A stretch of 34,992 bases of DNA from Vicinamibacterales bacterium (lineage in GTDB: Bacteria; Acidobacteriota; Vicinamibacteria; Vicinamibacterales; UBA2999), in NCBI GenBank assembly GCA_035710305.1, contig DASTDQ010000725.1:1-34992 (forward strand), written 5' to 3'. Shown here one piece after another: positions 14,281-23,394 of this stretch; positions within the stretch are counted from its first letter, which is position 1; every line of letters starts with the position of its first letter. The notes beneath the pieces are model-generated. The model ran no database searches and was not told the origin of the DNA. It saw only the letters and a list, made by a program, of their open reading frames with translations. The position numbers and the translations under genes were made by a program.

Positions 14281-17200
14281 TCAGTATTCCTGGCCCTGGA
14301 GCAGTCGGTCGAGCGTGGCCTGATCGAGGTCGGCGAGAGGGAAATCCGAGGGAGATGCGCCGCCCGCATCTGGAGACAGGCAGTGCGCGATGATGCCCCG
14401 AAGAGCATCGGCGATACCGTCGACCAGCCCCTGCATCGTCGCGCGCGCGTGCACGTTCTCGCTGTACTGCAGCGAGAGCTGGAGCCGACCGTCGACGATG
14501 ATCCCGGACACCTCCATCAGATGGCGGGGCCGGGCTCGAGGGCTCTGCGCTGGACCGCTGGACCCGGTCGCAAAGCGGAACGGCGTGTTCGCTGCGAGCG
14601 TCTGGTCGAACCGACCGAGGTAGTTGAAGATCACTTCTGCCGGCGCATCCCCGAGTTGGGCGATGCGGGCCGGCTCGCTGTAGCGAAGAAGCCCGTAGCC
14701 GATGCCCCGCTGTGGAATCTGCCGAAGCTGCTCCTTGATCGCCGTGAGTGCGCTCCCCGGATCCTCTTTCGCAGGCAGCTCGAGCCGCACGGGGAAGATC
14801 GTCGTGAACCACCCGACGGTCCGGGACACGTCGAGATCATCGAACGGCGACTCGCGCCCGTGTCCTTCGAGATCGACGACCAGCGCCCGCGATCCCGTCC
14901 ACGGGGCAAACGCCTGCAGCAGCGCGGTGAGCAGGACGTCGTTGATCTGGGTGCCGTAGGCCTCGGGGACCTCGGTGAGCAGCGCGTGCGAGTCCTCCTC
15001 GGTCAGCGTGGCCGACACGACCGCCCGGGAGGCGATCGTGTTGGGTCCGTCCGTGCGGTCCACGGGCAGCCGCGGCGCCTCGCCTGTCACCTGCTGCTGC
15101 CAGTACGCCACTTCCTCGTTCAGCGCTCCGCTCTGAACGTACTCGTACAACTTCCGTGCCCAGTGCTGGAGGGCCGTCGTCTTCCGCGGCAGCGTCGCCG
15201 ACACCCCCCGGATCGCCTGGTCGTAGGCGGTCAACAGGTCTTCGAGCAGAATCCGCCACGACACGCCGTCGACAACCAGGTGGTGAGCGATGAGGAATAC
15301 ACGATCCGGCTCGTCGCCGCATGCGAAGTGACGCACGTGGAAGAGCGGCCCACGGCCAAGGTCGAAGCTCGTGTGAAGCGCTTCGATCTGGCGGGTCATC
15401 TCGGCGGATCGCTCGGCCGGAGCGAGGGAGGACAGATCCACCGTCGAGAACGGAGATCGTCCGTCAGGCGTCATGCTCTCCTGATGCCATTCTCCGTCCC
15501 GCAGCTCGAAGCGGTGGCGGAGCGCGTCGTGATGGAGGAACAGTGACGCGACGCTTTGGCCCAGGCATGCCGGATCCAGCCGCGCGCGGGCCTCGAGCAA
15601 CAGGGCCTGATTGAAGTGGTGAGGCTCGGCCGGGGGAGACTCGAAGAACCACCGTTGGATGGGCGTCAGGGCCACGGCTCCGGTCACCGCCCCCTGCTCC
15701 GCCGCCACTTCGCCCACTCCCGCCACGGCGGCGAGCTCGGCGATTGTCTGATGCTCGAAAATCTGCCTTGGCGTGAGCCGCAGACCCGCTTCGTTCGCGC
15801 GGGCCACGATCTGAATCGCGAGGATCGAGTCCCCGCCCACGTGGAAGAAGCTGTCGTGCACGCCGAGCTGGTCCACCCCAAGCACACGAGACCAGATCGC
15901 CGCCAGCGTCTTCTCCCTGGGGTCGCGCGGCGCGATGAAGGCCGTCTCCAGCTCCGGCCTCGATTGCTCCGGAGCCGGAAGCGCACGACGGTCGATCTTC
16001 CCGTTCGGGGTGAACGGCCAGGCATCGAGCGTCACGAACGCCGCCGGAATCATGTACTCGGGCAGCGAGGCTCTGATGTGCCTCTGAAGCTCGGTGACGC
16101 TCAGGGGCTGGTCCCCGCTCGCCAGCATGTAGGCCACCAGTCGCGTGTGGCCCGGCGCGTCTTCCCTCGCCACGACCACGGCATCCCGGATCGACTGGTG
16201 CTGGCCCAGCACGGTCTCCACCTCACCGAGCTCGATCCGGTGGCCTCGGATCTTCACTTGATGGTCGATCCGGCCGAGGAACTCGATCCGACCGTCCGGC
16301 CGATACCGCACGCGGTCTCCGGTGCGATAGAGTCGCGATCCTCCGGCCACATCGAAAGGATTCGGGACGAACCGCGCCGCTGTCTCGTCCGGGCGTTTAC
16401 GGTACCCGCGTGAGACGCCAGCCCCGCCGATGTGAAGCTCGCCGGGCACGCCGATCGGGAGCAGTCTGGTCTCCCGATCGAGCACGTACACCTTGGTGTT
16501 GGCGATCGGATGCCCGATCGAGGTCGGCGCGTCACGGTCCTCTACGTGGTCGAGCGTCGACCAGACCGTGGTCTCCGTCGGACCGTACATGTTCCAGACC
16601 GATCGAGCGCCGGACAGCAGCCGGCTCGCAAGATCCTGCGAGAGCGCCTCACCGCCGCAGAGCGCCTTCAGTGACGCGCCGCCCGACCACCCGTTGTCAA
16701 GCACCAGGCGCCATGTCGCCGGAGTTCCCTGCATGGCCGTGGCCTGGTGGCGTTCGACGAGCGCAGCCAGCTGCCCGCCGTCGCGCACGTCATCGGGACC
16801 TGCGACGACCAGTCGGGCCCCGGTGGTGAGCGGCAGAAGCAGTTCGAGCACGGAGATATCGAACGAAATCGTCGTGACCGACACGAATGTGTCGTCGCGA
16901 TCGAGTCCGGGGACCGCACGCATGGTTTCGAGGAAGTTCACGACGGAACCGTGCGCGATCTGCACGCCCTTCGGGCGGCCGGTCGAACCGGACGTGAACA
17001 TCACGTACGCCAGGTTGCGGGGATCGAGACTGTGAGAGGCACTGCAGTCTGCCGTCGGCGCGTTGGCCGGCCAATCGGCGTCGATGCGAAGGACCTGGAC
17101 GTCTGCTCCAAACCGGTGTGCCAGGTGGGCCTGTGTGAGAACGAGCGCCACGTCGGCATCCTCGAGGATCACTCGAAGACGCTGCTCGGGATACGACGGG

Positions 17201-20200
17201 TCGAGAGCAACGTAAGCGCCGCCCGCGTTGAGGATCCCGAGCATTCCCACGACGAGATCGAGGGACCGATCCAAACACAGTCCGACGCGCACCTCCGGCC
17301 CGACGCCGACACTCTGCAGATAACTCGCCAGCCGGGCCGCCCGGTCGTCGAGCTGCCGGTACGTCAGTTGCCGCCCCTCGAACACGACCGCGACAGCGTC
17401 CGGCGTCAGGGCGACCTGTGCCTGGAACACATCGGGAATGCACGCATCGCTCCGGTACATCTCCTCCGTCGCGTTCCAGGTCTCCAGCAACTGCGTGCGT
17501 TCTGCCGTTGAGAGCAGCTCCAGCGTGGCGACCGGACGCGTGGGCTCGGCGACAGCCGCCTCGAGCAGCTGGGTGAAGTGCCCGACCATCCGCCGGATCG
17601 TCGCCGCGTCGAACAGATCCGAGCTGTATTCCAACGTCCCCCGAATTCCCGATGGCGATTCCGCCAGGCTCAGGGTCATGTCGAATTTCGACGTCGCTTG
17701 CTCGATTTCTACCGGCAACAAGGACAGGCCGGGAAGCGACAGGGTTTCGGTGGGCGTGTTCTGCAGCGCGAACATGACCTGAAACAGCGGCGTGCGACTC
17801 AAGTCCCGTTCCACTTCCAGCTCGTCCACCAGTTTCTCGAACGGCAGGTCCTGATGCGCGTAGGCCCCCAACGCTGTTTCGCGTACCTGGGCCAGCACGT
17901 CCCGGAACGTCAGTGCTCCATCGAAGTCTGCGCGCATGACCAGTGTGTTGACGAACAGCCCAATCAGCCCCTCGGCTTCCGCGCGCGTGCGCCCGGCGAT
18001 CGGCGTCCCGACGAGGACCGTCTTCTGACCCGAGTACTTGTAGAGCAGCGTCTGGAAGGCGGCCAGCAGCGTCATGAACGGCGTCACGCCTTCGCGACGG
18101 CTCAGCACCTGAAGTGCTTCGGACAGATCCTTGGCGATGCTGACCGGCTCACTTGCACCGGCGAGGCCCTGGAGTGGTGGCCTGGGCCTGTCGGTCGGCA
18201 GCTCGAGCAACCCGGACGCACCCGCCAGTCGATCGCTCCAGTAAGAGACCTGCGCGTCCATCGCGCCGGCGTCCAGCCAGTTCCGCTGCCAGACTGCGTA
18301 GTCCGCATACTGAATGGGCGGCTCCGCAAGTGGCGAGGGGTGGCCGGTGATGAACGCTGGATACAGCGTCGTGAGCTCCCGCACGATGAGTCCCATCGAC
18401 CACCCGTCGGTGACGATGTGGTGCGCCGAGAACAGCGCGACGTGGGTCTCGTCCTCGAGCCGAAGCACGGTCGCCCGCACCAGCGGCCCGGACGCCATGT
18501 CGAATGGGCGCCTGGCCATGAGCAGGGCCAGCCGGCGCATTTCCTCTTCGCGCGCAATCGGGGCGAGAGAGCTGAGATCGACGAACTCGAGGGCGATCGA
18601 CTCGCCATCGGTGATGCGCTGTTCGCCGCGCCCGTCACCCGTTGTGACGATTACCGTGCGCAACGATTCATGGCGCCGGACGACCTCGCGGTAGGCAGCC
18701 GCGAACGAGGCCACATGGAGCGTTCCCGTCAGCCGCAGCGCGCTGGGTACGACATACGCGCTCCCGGAGGGCTCGAGCTGGTCGAGGAACCACAGACGTT
18801 CCTGGGCGAAAGAGAGCGGAGCGCTGCCGCGGTCGACGCGACGGTGTATCGATGGAGCGCGAACGACCGCGCCTCCTTGTTTCGCCGCTTCCACCTGCGC
18901 AGCCAGTCCTGCGACCGTCGGGTGCTCGAAGAGCGTGCGCAGCGGGAGATCGACTTCGAACACCTGTGCGACGCGGCTCATCACCCGGGTCACCAGCAGC
19001 GAATGCCCGCCGAGCTCGAAGAAGTCGCTTTGCACGCCGACCTGCGGCACACCCAGCACGCTCGCCCACACGTCGGCGAGGATCTCTTCCACCGGGCTCC
19101 GCGGCGCCACGTGGGCCGATTCGAGCGCCTGGGTCTCCGGCGCCGGGAGGGCCCGGCGGTCGACCTTGCCGTTCGACGTGAGGGGCAGGGCATCCAGCGC
19201 GACGAACGCCGCCGGCACCATGTAGTCGGGCAACGACGTCTTCAGAAAATCTCTGAGCTCGGTCACTCCCGGCGGTTCCGCCTCTGCCACCGTGTAGGCG
19301 ACGAGCCTCACCTGGCCCGGCGTGTCCTCGCGCGCGACGACGGCCACCGCCCGCAACGCCGGGTGTCGGCTCAGGGCCCCTTCGATCTCCCCCAACTCAA
19401 TGCGGAAGCCTCGAATCTTCACCTGATGATCCCGCCGCCCGAGATACTCCATTTCGCCGTTCGGCAGGTAAAGCCCCAGGTCTCCCGATTTGTACAGGCG
19501 TGCTCCGGCCGGGCCGCCAAAGGGATGTGGAATGAACCGTTCCGCCGTGAGCTCCGGCCGATTGAGATAGTTCCGAGCCAGTCCCGCTCCGCCTACGTGC
19601 AGCTCGCCAGGCACACCGACCGGCAGCAGTCTCATACCCGAATCAACGAGATACGTCTGCAGAGTAGGAATCGGCACGCCGATGTTGCTGCCGTCCTTTT
19701 CGAGATCCTCAGCCTCGAGACCCTTGAACGTCACATGAACGGTGGTTTCAGTAATCCCGTACATGTTGACGAGCTTCACATCTGGGTATGCCCGGTTCCA
19801 CGGCTGTAACTGCCTTGGGGCCAGTGCCTCGCCGCCGAAAATGATGTAGCGCAGGGCCACGCTCGTCCTTCGCTGGCTCAGCGCGTGGTGCATGAGCTGC
19901 TGGAAGGCGCTCGGTGTCTGGTTGAGAACCGTCACCTCCTCGGACAGTATGAGACCCAGAAACTGCTGCGGATCCTTGTTGACGCCTTCCGAGACGATGA
20001 CCAGTCTGCCTCCATAGAGCAGGGCGCCGTACATCTCCCAGACGGAGAAGTCGAAACAGTAGGAGTGGAACACCGACCACACGTCTTCTTCCGTGAACGC
20101 AAACTGCATGTGGTCGTTGACCATCAGCCGGACCACCTGCCGATGCTCGAGCAGAACGCCCTTGGGTCTTCCGGTCGACCCCGATGTGTAGATGCAGTAC

Positions 20201-23200
20201 GCGATGTTGTCGGGAACGGCATGAGCCGCTGGTGGCTGGGAAGATCTGCTGCCTATTGCCTCGCGATCGCGGTCGAGCAGGATCAGTGAGGAAACGCTGT
20301 CGGCCAGGATACCGATACTGCTGGATGTCGAAATGGCATGCGAGACACCGGAATCGTTGACGATGTAGGAGCGCCGTTCGTCCGGATAATCCGGGTCAAT
20401 CGGCAGATACGCCCCGCCGGCCTTCAGAACGCCCAGTATCGCCACGATCATGTCCGGAGATCTGGCCAGACACAGGGCCACCAGTGTTTCCCGACCGACG
20501 CCCTGTTCGCGAAGGTAATTCGCGAGCCGGTTGCTCTCCTCGTCCAGCTGGCGGTAGGTCAACTGCGTGTGCTGGAAGACGACCGCCACTCGATCGGGAT
20601 ACCGGGCAACCTGCTCCTCGAAGATCGAGTGAATGGTCTTCTCGCGCGGATACTCGGCGGCCGTTCGATTCCAATCGACGAGCTGAGTTCGTTTTTCGGC
20701 CTGGCTGAGCAGATCGACGTCGTTCACCGGAACATCGGAACCGGACGCGAAGCACTCGAGCAGCGCTTCAAAGTGCCCGGCCAGCTGCTCGATCATGAAC
20801 TCGTCGAACAGGTCGGTGTTATAGACCCACGTCCCGACGAACCCCTCGGCCGTACGCTGAACTGACAGGTTGACGTCGTACTTGCCGTGACCGAGATTCG
20901 TATCGACCAGAATGGCTTTCGTCTGTCCGACCGTGATTGCGGCGGGAGGGGCGTCGTCGAATCGAAAGAGCACGTCGAACAGCGCCGTCCGGCTCATGTC
21001 GACCTGGGGATTCAGCTCCTTGACAAGCCAATCGAAGGGCATGTCTTCATGCCGCCGCGCATCGTCGACAGTCCGGATGATTTGCTTCAGGAACGCGCCG
21101 AAGGTCGGGCGGCCACCGAGATTGCTGCGCAGGACCAACAGGTTTGCGAAGGGCCCGACGGCGTTTCGAACGGCAGCATGACGACGACAGGGGACACTGG
21201 TACCGACGACGATCTCCTCGTGACCCGAATAGCGGTGCAGGAGCACATTGAATGCGGCCAGCAGGACCTCGAACGTTCCCGTGTGCTCAGCACGGCCACG
21301 CGCGTCTATCTGGCTGGACAGGCGGCCGCTGAACGCGAAGGTCCGCCGACCGACCGAATAGGTATGAACGGCCGGGCGGCCGACGCGCGTTGGCAGTGTC
21401 AGTGCCTGAAGTGGGCCGGCCAGCTGGCGCTTCCAATAGAACAGCAGTTGCTCGACAACGTCTTCCGGCAAAGTGCGCTGCCAATTCGCATGGTCGATGT
21501 ACCTGACGGTCAGGTCCGCGAACCGGGCAGGCCGCTTTTCGGTCTGAGCGTTATAAGACTCTGCGATCTCCTGTGCGAGCACGCGTAACGACCACGTGTC
21601 GGCCGCACTATGGTGCACGGTCACGACCAATACAGCGGTGGCGTCGGCAAGGCGAAAGAGCGTGGCCCGAATCAGTCGGTCACGATCCAGCGCAATCGGA
21701 ATCTGCGACGCCTCCAACGCGAACTGGACCACCAGCTCGGACGCATCTCGGTCCGGGTCTCCTGCGACGTCGCGAACGTTCAGTTCGAGATCGGTATGCG
21801 GAACGACTTCCTGATACGCGTGACCGTCGCGCGTGACGAATCGCGTGCGCAGGACGTCGTGTCGGCCAGTGACGAGATTGATGGCCCGCTGCAGCAGGTC
21901 CGCATCGACGCCTCCCTGAAAATGCAGGACCAGCGGCAGGTTGTGATAGACCGGATGCGATTCATAGACATTGCCGGTCTCGAACTGGTCGATAAACCAC
22001 ATTCGCTCCTGGTGGTAGGACAGCGAACCTCGGGAGTCGTGGGACGCTGAAAGCGGAATGCTCGCCAGCTCGAGATCCGGATCGAGTCGCAGGGCGTCGA
22101 TCGGCGCCGCGGGGTCGCGAACAATACTCTCGAGGAGCGTGATAAACCGGCGGCACAGGCGCGCGATCGTTGGCGCCTCGAACAGATCGGTGCGGTACAC
22201 GAACGTGCCACGAATGCCGTCTCCAGACTCCCACGCGTACAGATCCAGGTCTGATCTGACGTGCGCGCTCGTGTCATCCAGTGCAGACGCCTTGAGGCCG
22301 GCGAGGTCAATCGCCATCTGCGGGGTGTTCTGAAAGATGAACATCGCCTGAAACAACGGCATCTTTCCGAGATCCCGGATCGGCTCGAGCTCCTCGACCA
22401 GCTTCTCGAAAGGCAGATCCTGGTTGGCATACGCCCCGAGCGCAGCCACCCGCACCTCCGCCAGTAATTCCTGGAACGACATGTCATGGCGCACGTCGGC
22501 CCGCAGCACCAGCGTGTTCACGAACAACCCGATCAACCCTTCAGTTTCGGTCCGGGTACGCCCGGCGATCGGCGTCCCGACGAGGACCTTCTCCTGGTCC
22601 GCGTACCGATGGAGCAACGCCTGGAAGGCGGCGAGCAGCGTCATGAAGAGCGTCGCACCCTCCCGGCGGCTCAGCGCCACCAGCGCCTCCGACAACGCGC
22701 GCGGGAGCCAGACCGGCTCGGTCGCGCCCGCAGTGCTCTGTACCGCCGGCCTCGGTCGATCCGCGGGCAACTCCAGCAACCGTGGAGCACCGCGCAGTCG
22801 ATCCCTCCAGTACGAGAGCTGGGCCTCTAGGACATCACCCTGGAGCCATTGCCGCTGCCAGTGGGCGTAGTCCGCATACTGGATGGGCAGCTCCGGGAAG
22901 GCCGACGGACGTCCCCGCGAGAAGGTCTCGCACACGCTGCTCAGCTCACTGAGCAACACGCGGATCGACCACACGTCGGAGACAATGTGGTGCATCGTCA
23001 GAAGCAGCGCATGCTCCTGGTCCGCCAGGCGGATCAGCGTCGCCCGCATCAGCGGACCCCGCGACAGGTCGAAGGGGCGAGCGGCCTCCTGGCGCGCCAG
23101 ACGTCGGACCTCCTTTTCCCGGCCGGTTTCCGGCAGCTCGCTCACGTCGACCCGACAGAGCGCGCACGGCTCCCCTGCGTCGATGACCTGCTGTGCCCGA

Positions 23201-23394
23201 CCCTCGGACTCGGTGAACGTCGTCCGCAACGCCTCGTGCCGACGAACGACTTCTCGAAGCGCCCCGTTCAGCGCTTCGGCTCGCAGTGGACCCGACAGCC
23301 GTATGGCCGCCGGAATGTTGTACGCAGCGCTCCCCGGCTCCAGTCGATCCAGAAACCACAGGCGTTCCTGAGCGAAGGAAGCTGCAAATCTCAC
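14281..23394 (-). CDS. NRPS-3 (3037 aa): C(LCL)-C'(divergent)-A(Thr code)-T-C(LCL)-A(Gly code)-T(GGDS)-E
   Basis: Track ORF. The GTG start at 23394 overlaps the upstream TGA (GTGA). Domain evidence:
- C1: SFAQERLWFL, MHHIVSDVWS (22995-22966).
- C': LSYHQERMWFIDQFE...YHNLPL, HHSAADTW (21615-21592).
- A1: YTSGSTGRPKG, FDFSVWE / LNQTPSAF / IIFGGE / NMYGITETTVH = DFWNIGMVHK (Thr).
- T1: DFFELGGHS.
- C2: LSFAQERLWFLDQLEP, SAHHIVTDGWS.
- A2: SFDISVLE (16866-16843) / MQGTPATW / LCGGE / NMYGPTETTVW = DILQLGMVWK (Gly).
- T2: FFHVGGDSILA.
- E: TPIQRWFF, AHHLVVDGVSW (HH at 15285-15280), EGHGRE.
- C-terminal tail: SDFPLADLDQATLDRLLQGQEY. Confidence 0.95.
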   Translation of the reverse strand: MRFAASFAQERLWFLDRLEPGSAAYNIPAAIRLSGPLRAEALNGALREVVRRHEALRTTFTESEGRAQQVIDAGEPCALCRVDVSELPETGREKEVRRLARQEAARPFDLSRGPLMRATLIRLADQEHALLLTMHHIVSDVWSIRVLLSELSSVCETFSRGRPSAFPELPIQYADYAHWQRQWLQGDVLEAQLSYWRDRLRGAPRLLELPADRPRPAVQSTAGATEPVWLPRALSEALVALSRREGATLFMTLLAAFQALLHRYADQEKVLVGTPIAGRTRTETEGLIGLFVNTLVLRADVRHDMSFQELLAEVRVAALGAYANQDLPFEKLVEELEPIRDLGKMPLFQAMFIFQNTPQMAIDLAGLKASALDDTSAHVRSDLDLYAWESGDGIRGTFVYRTDLFEAPTIARLCRRFITLLESIVRDPAAPIDALRLDPDLELASIPLSASHDSRGSLSYHQERMWFIDQFETGNVYESHPVYHNLPLVLHFQGGVDADLLQRAINLVTGRHDVLRTRFVTRDGHAYQEVVPHTDLELNVRDVAGDPDRDASELVVQFALEASQIPIALDRDRLIRATLFRLADATAVLVVTVHHSAADTWSLRVLAQEIAESYNAQTEKRPARFADLTVRYIDHANWQRTLPEDVVEQLLFYWKRQLAGPLQALTLPTRVGRPAVHTYSVGRRTFAFSGRLSSQIDARGRAEHTGTFEVLLAAFNVLLHRYSGHEEIVVGTSVPCRRHAAVRNAVGPFANLLVLRSNLGGRPTFGAFLKQIIRTVDDARRHEDMPFDWLVKELNPQVDMSRTALFDVLFRFDDAPPAAITVGQTKAILVDTNLGHGKYDVNLSVQRTAEGFVGTWVYNTDLFDEFMIEQLAGHFEALLECFASGSDVPVNDVDLLSQAEKRTQLVDWNRTAAEYPREKTIHSIFEEQVARYPDRVAVVFQHTQLTYRQLDEESNRLANYLREQGVGRETLVALCLARSPDMIVAILGVLKAGGAYLPIDPDYPDERRSYIVNDSGVSHAISTSSSIGILADSVSSLILLDRDREAIGSRSSQPPAAHAVPDNIAYCIYTSGSTGRPKGVLLEHRQVVRLMVNDHMQFAFTEEDVWSVFHSYCFDFSVWEMYGALLYGGRLVIVSEGVNKDPQQFLGLILSEEVTVLNQTPSAFQQLMHHALSQRRTSVALRYIIFGGEALAPRQLQPWNRAYPDVKLVNMYGITETTVHVTFKGLEAEDLEKDGSNIGVPIPTLQTYLVDSGMRLLPVGVPGELHVGGAGLARNYLNRPELTAERFIPHPFGGPAGARLYKSGDLGLYLPNGEMEYLGRRDHQVKIRGFRIELGEIEGALSRHPALRAVAVVAREDTPGQVRLVAYTVAEAEPPGVTELRDFLKTSLPDYMVPAAFVALDALPLTSNGKVDRRALPAPETQALESAHVAPRSPVEEILADVWASVLGVPQVGVQSDFFELGGHSLLVTRVMSRVAQVFEVDLPLRTLFEHPTVAGLAAQVEAAKQGGAVVRAPSIHRRVDRGSAPLSFAQERLWFLDQLEPSGSAYVVPSALRLTGTLHVASFAAAYREVVRRHESLRTVIVTTGDGRGEQRITDGESIALEFVDLSSLAPIAREEEMRRLALLMARRPFDMASGPLVRATVLRLEDETHVALFSAHHIVTDGWSMGLIVRELTTLYPAFITGHPSPLAEPPIQYADYAVWQRNWLDAGAMDAQVSYWSDRLAGASGLLELPTDRPRPPLQGLAGASEPVSIAKDLSEALQVLSRREGVTPFMTLLAAFQTLLYKYSGQKTVLVGTPIAGRTRAEAEGLIGLFVNTLVMRADFDGALTFRDVLAQVRETALGAYAHQDLPFEKLVDELEVERDLSRTPLFQVMFALQNTPTETLSLPGLSLLPVEIEQATSKFDMTLSLAESPSGIRGTLEYSSDLFDAATIRRMVGHFTQLLEAAVAEPTRPVATLELLSTAERTQLLETWNATEEMYRSDACIPDVFQAQVALTPDAVAVVFEGRQLTYRQLDDRAARLASYLQSVGVGPEVRVGLCLDRSLDLVVGMLGILNAGGAYVALDPSYPEQRLRVILEDADVALVLTQAHLAHRFGADVQVLRIDADWPANAPTADCSASHSLDPRNLAYVMFTSGSTGRPKGVQIAHGSVVNFLETMRAVPGLDRDDTFVSVTTISFDISVLELLLPLTTGARLVVAGPDDVRDGGQLAALVERHQATAMQGTPATWRLVLDNGWSGGASLKALCGGEALSQDLASRLLSGARSVWNMYGPTETTVWSTLDHVEDRDAPTSIGHPIANTKVYVLDRETRLLPIGVPGELHIGGAGVSRGYRKRPDETAARFVPNPFDVAGGSRLYRTGDRVRYRPDGRIEFLGRIDHQVKIRGHRIELGEVETVLGQHQSIRDAVVVAREDAPGHTRLVAYMLASGDQPLSVTELQRHIRASLPEYMIPAAFVTLDAWPFTPNGKIDRRALPAPEQSRPELETAFIAPRDPREKTLAAIWSRVLGVDQLGVHDSFFHVGGDSILAIQIVARANEAGLRLTPRQIFEHQTIAELAAVAGVGEVAAEQGAVTGAVALTPIQRWFFESPPAEPHHFNQALLLEARARLDPACLGQSVASLFLHHDALRHRFELRDGEWHQESMTPDGRSPFSTVDLSSLAPAERSAEMTRQIEALHTSFDLGRGPLFHVRHFACGDEPDRVFLIAHHLVVDGVSWRILLEDLLTAYDQAIRGVSATLPRKTTALQHWARKLYEYVQSGALNEEVAYWQQQVTGEAPRLPVDRTDGPNTIASRAVVSATLTEEDSHALLTEVPEAYGTQINDVLLTALLQAFAPWTGSRALVVDLEGHGRESPFDDLDVSRTVGWFTTIFPVRLELPAKEDPGSALTAIKEQLRQIPQRGIGYGLLRYSEPARIAQLGDAPAEVIFNYLGRFDQTLAANTPFRFATGSSGPAQSPRARPRHLMEVSGIIVDGRLQLSLQYSENVHARATMQGLVDGIADALRGIIAHCLSPDAGGASPSDFPLADLDQATLDRLLQGQEY
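14365..15687 (-). other. Epimerization domain terminating NRPS-3, downstream of a Gly-coded A domain
   Basis: TPIQRWFF, HHFNQ, AHHLVVDGVSW (HH at 15285-15280) and DLEGHGRE are all present. The preceding carrier has the E-type GGDS motif. Confidence 0.85.
16000..19233 (-). repeat. Diverged intra-cluster duplication, copy 2: (A-end)-T-C(LCL)-A(Gly) unit, paralogous to 5100-8305
   Basis: See copy 1. Both A domains give the identical 10-residue code, DILQLGMVWK. Confidence 0.6.
20710..22029 (-). other. C': second, divergent condensation domain in tandem with C1, directly N-terminal to the Thr A domain of NRPS-3
   Basis: The N-terminal signature LSYHQERMWFIDQFETGNVYESHPVYHNLPL differs from the LCL signature LSFAQERLWFLDxLEP used elsewhere in the cluster. 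The active site is HHSAADTW (21615-21592). It is joined to the A domain by a canonical linker (LLSQAEKRTQLVDWNRT). No carrier domain lies between C1 and C'. Confidence 0.8.
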
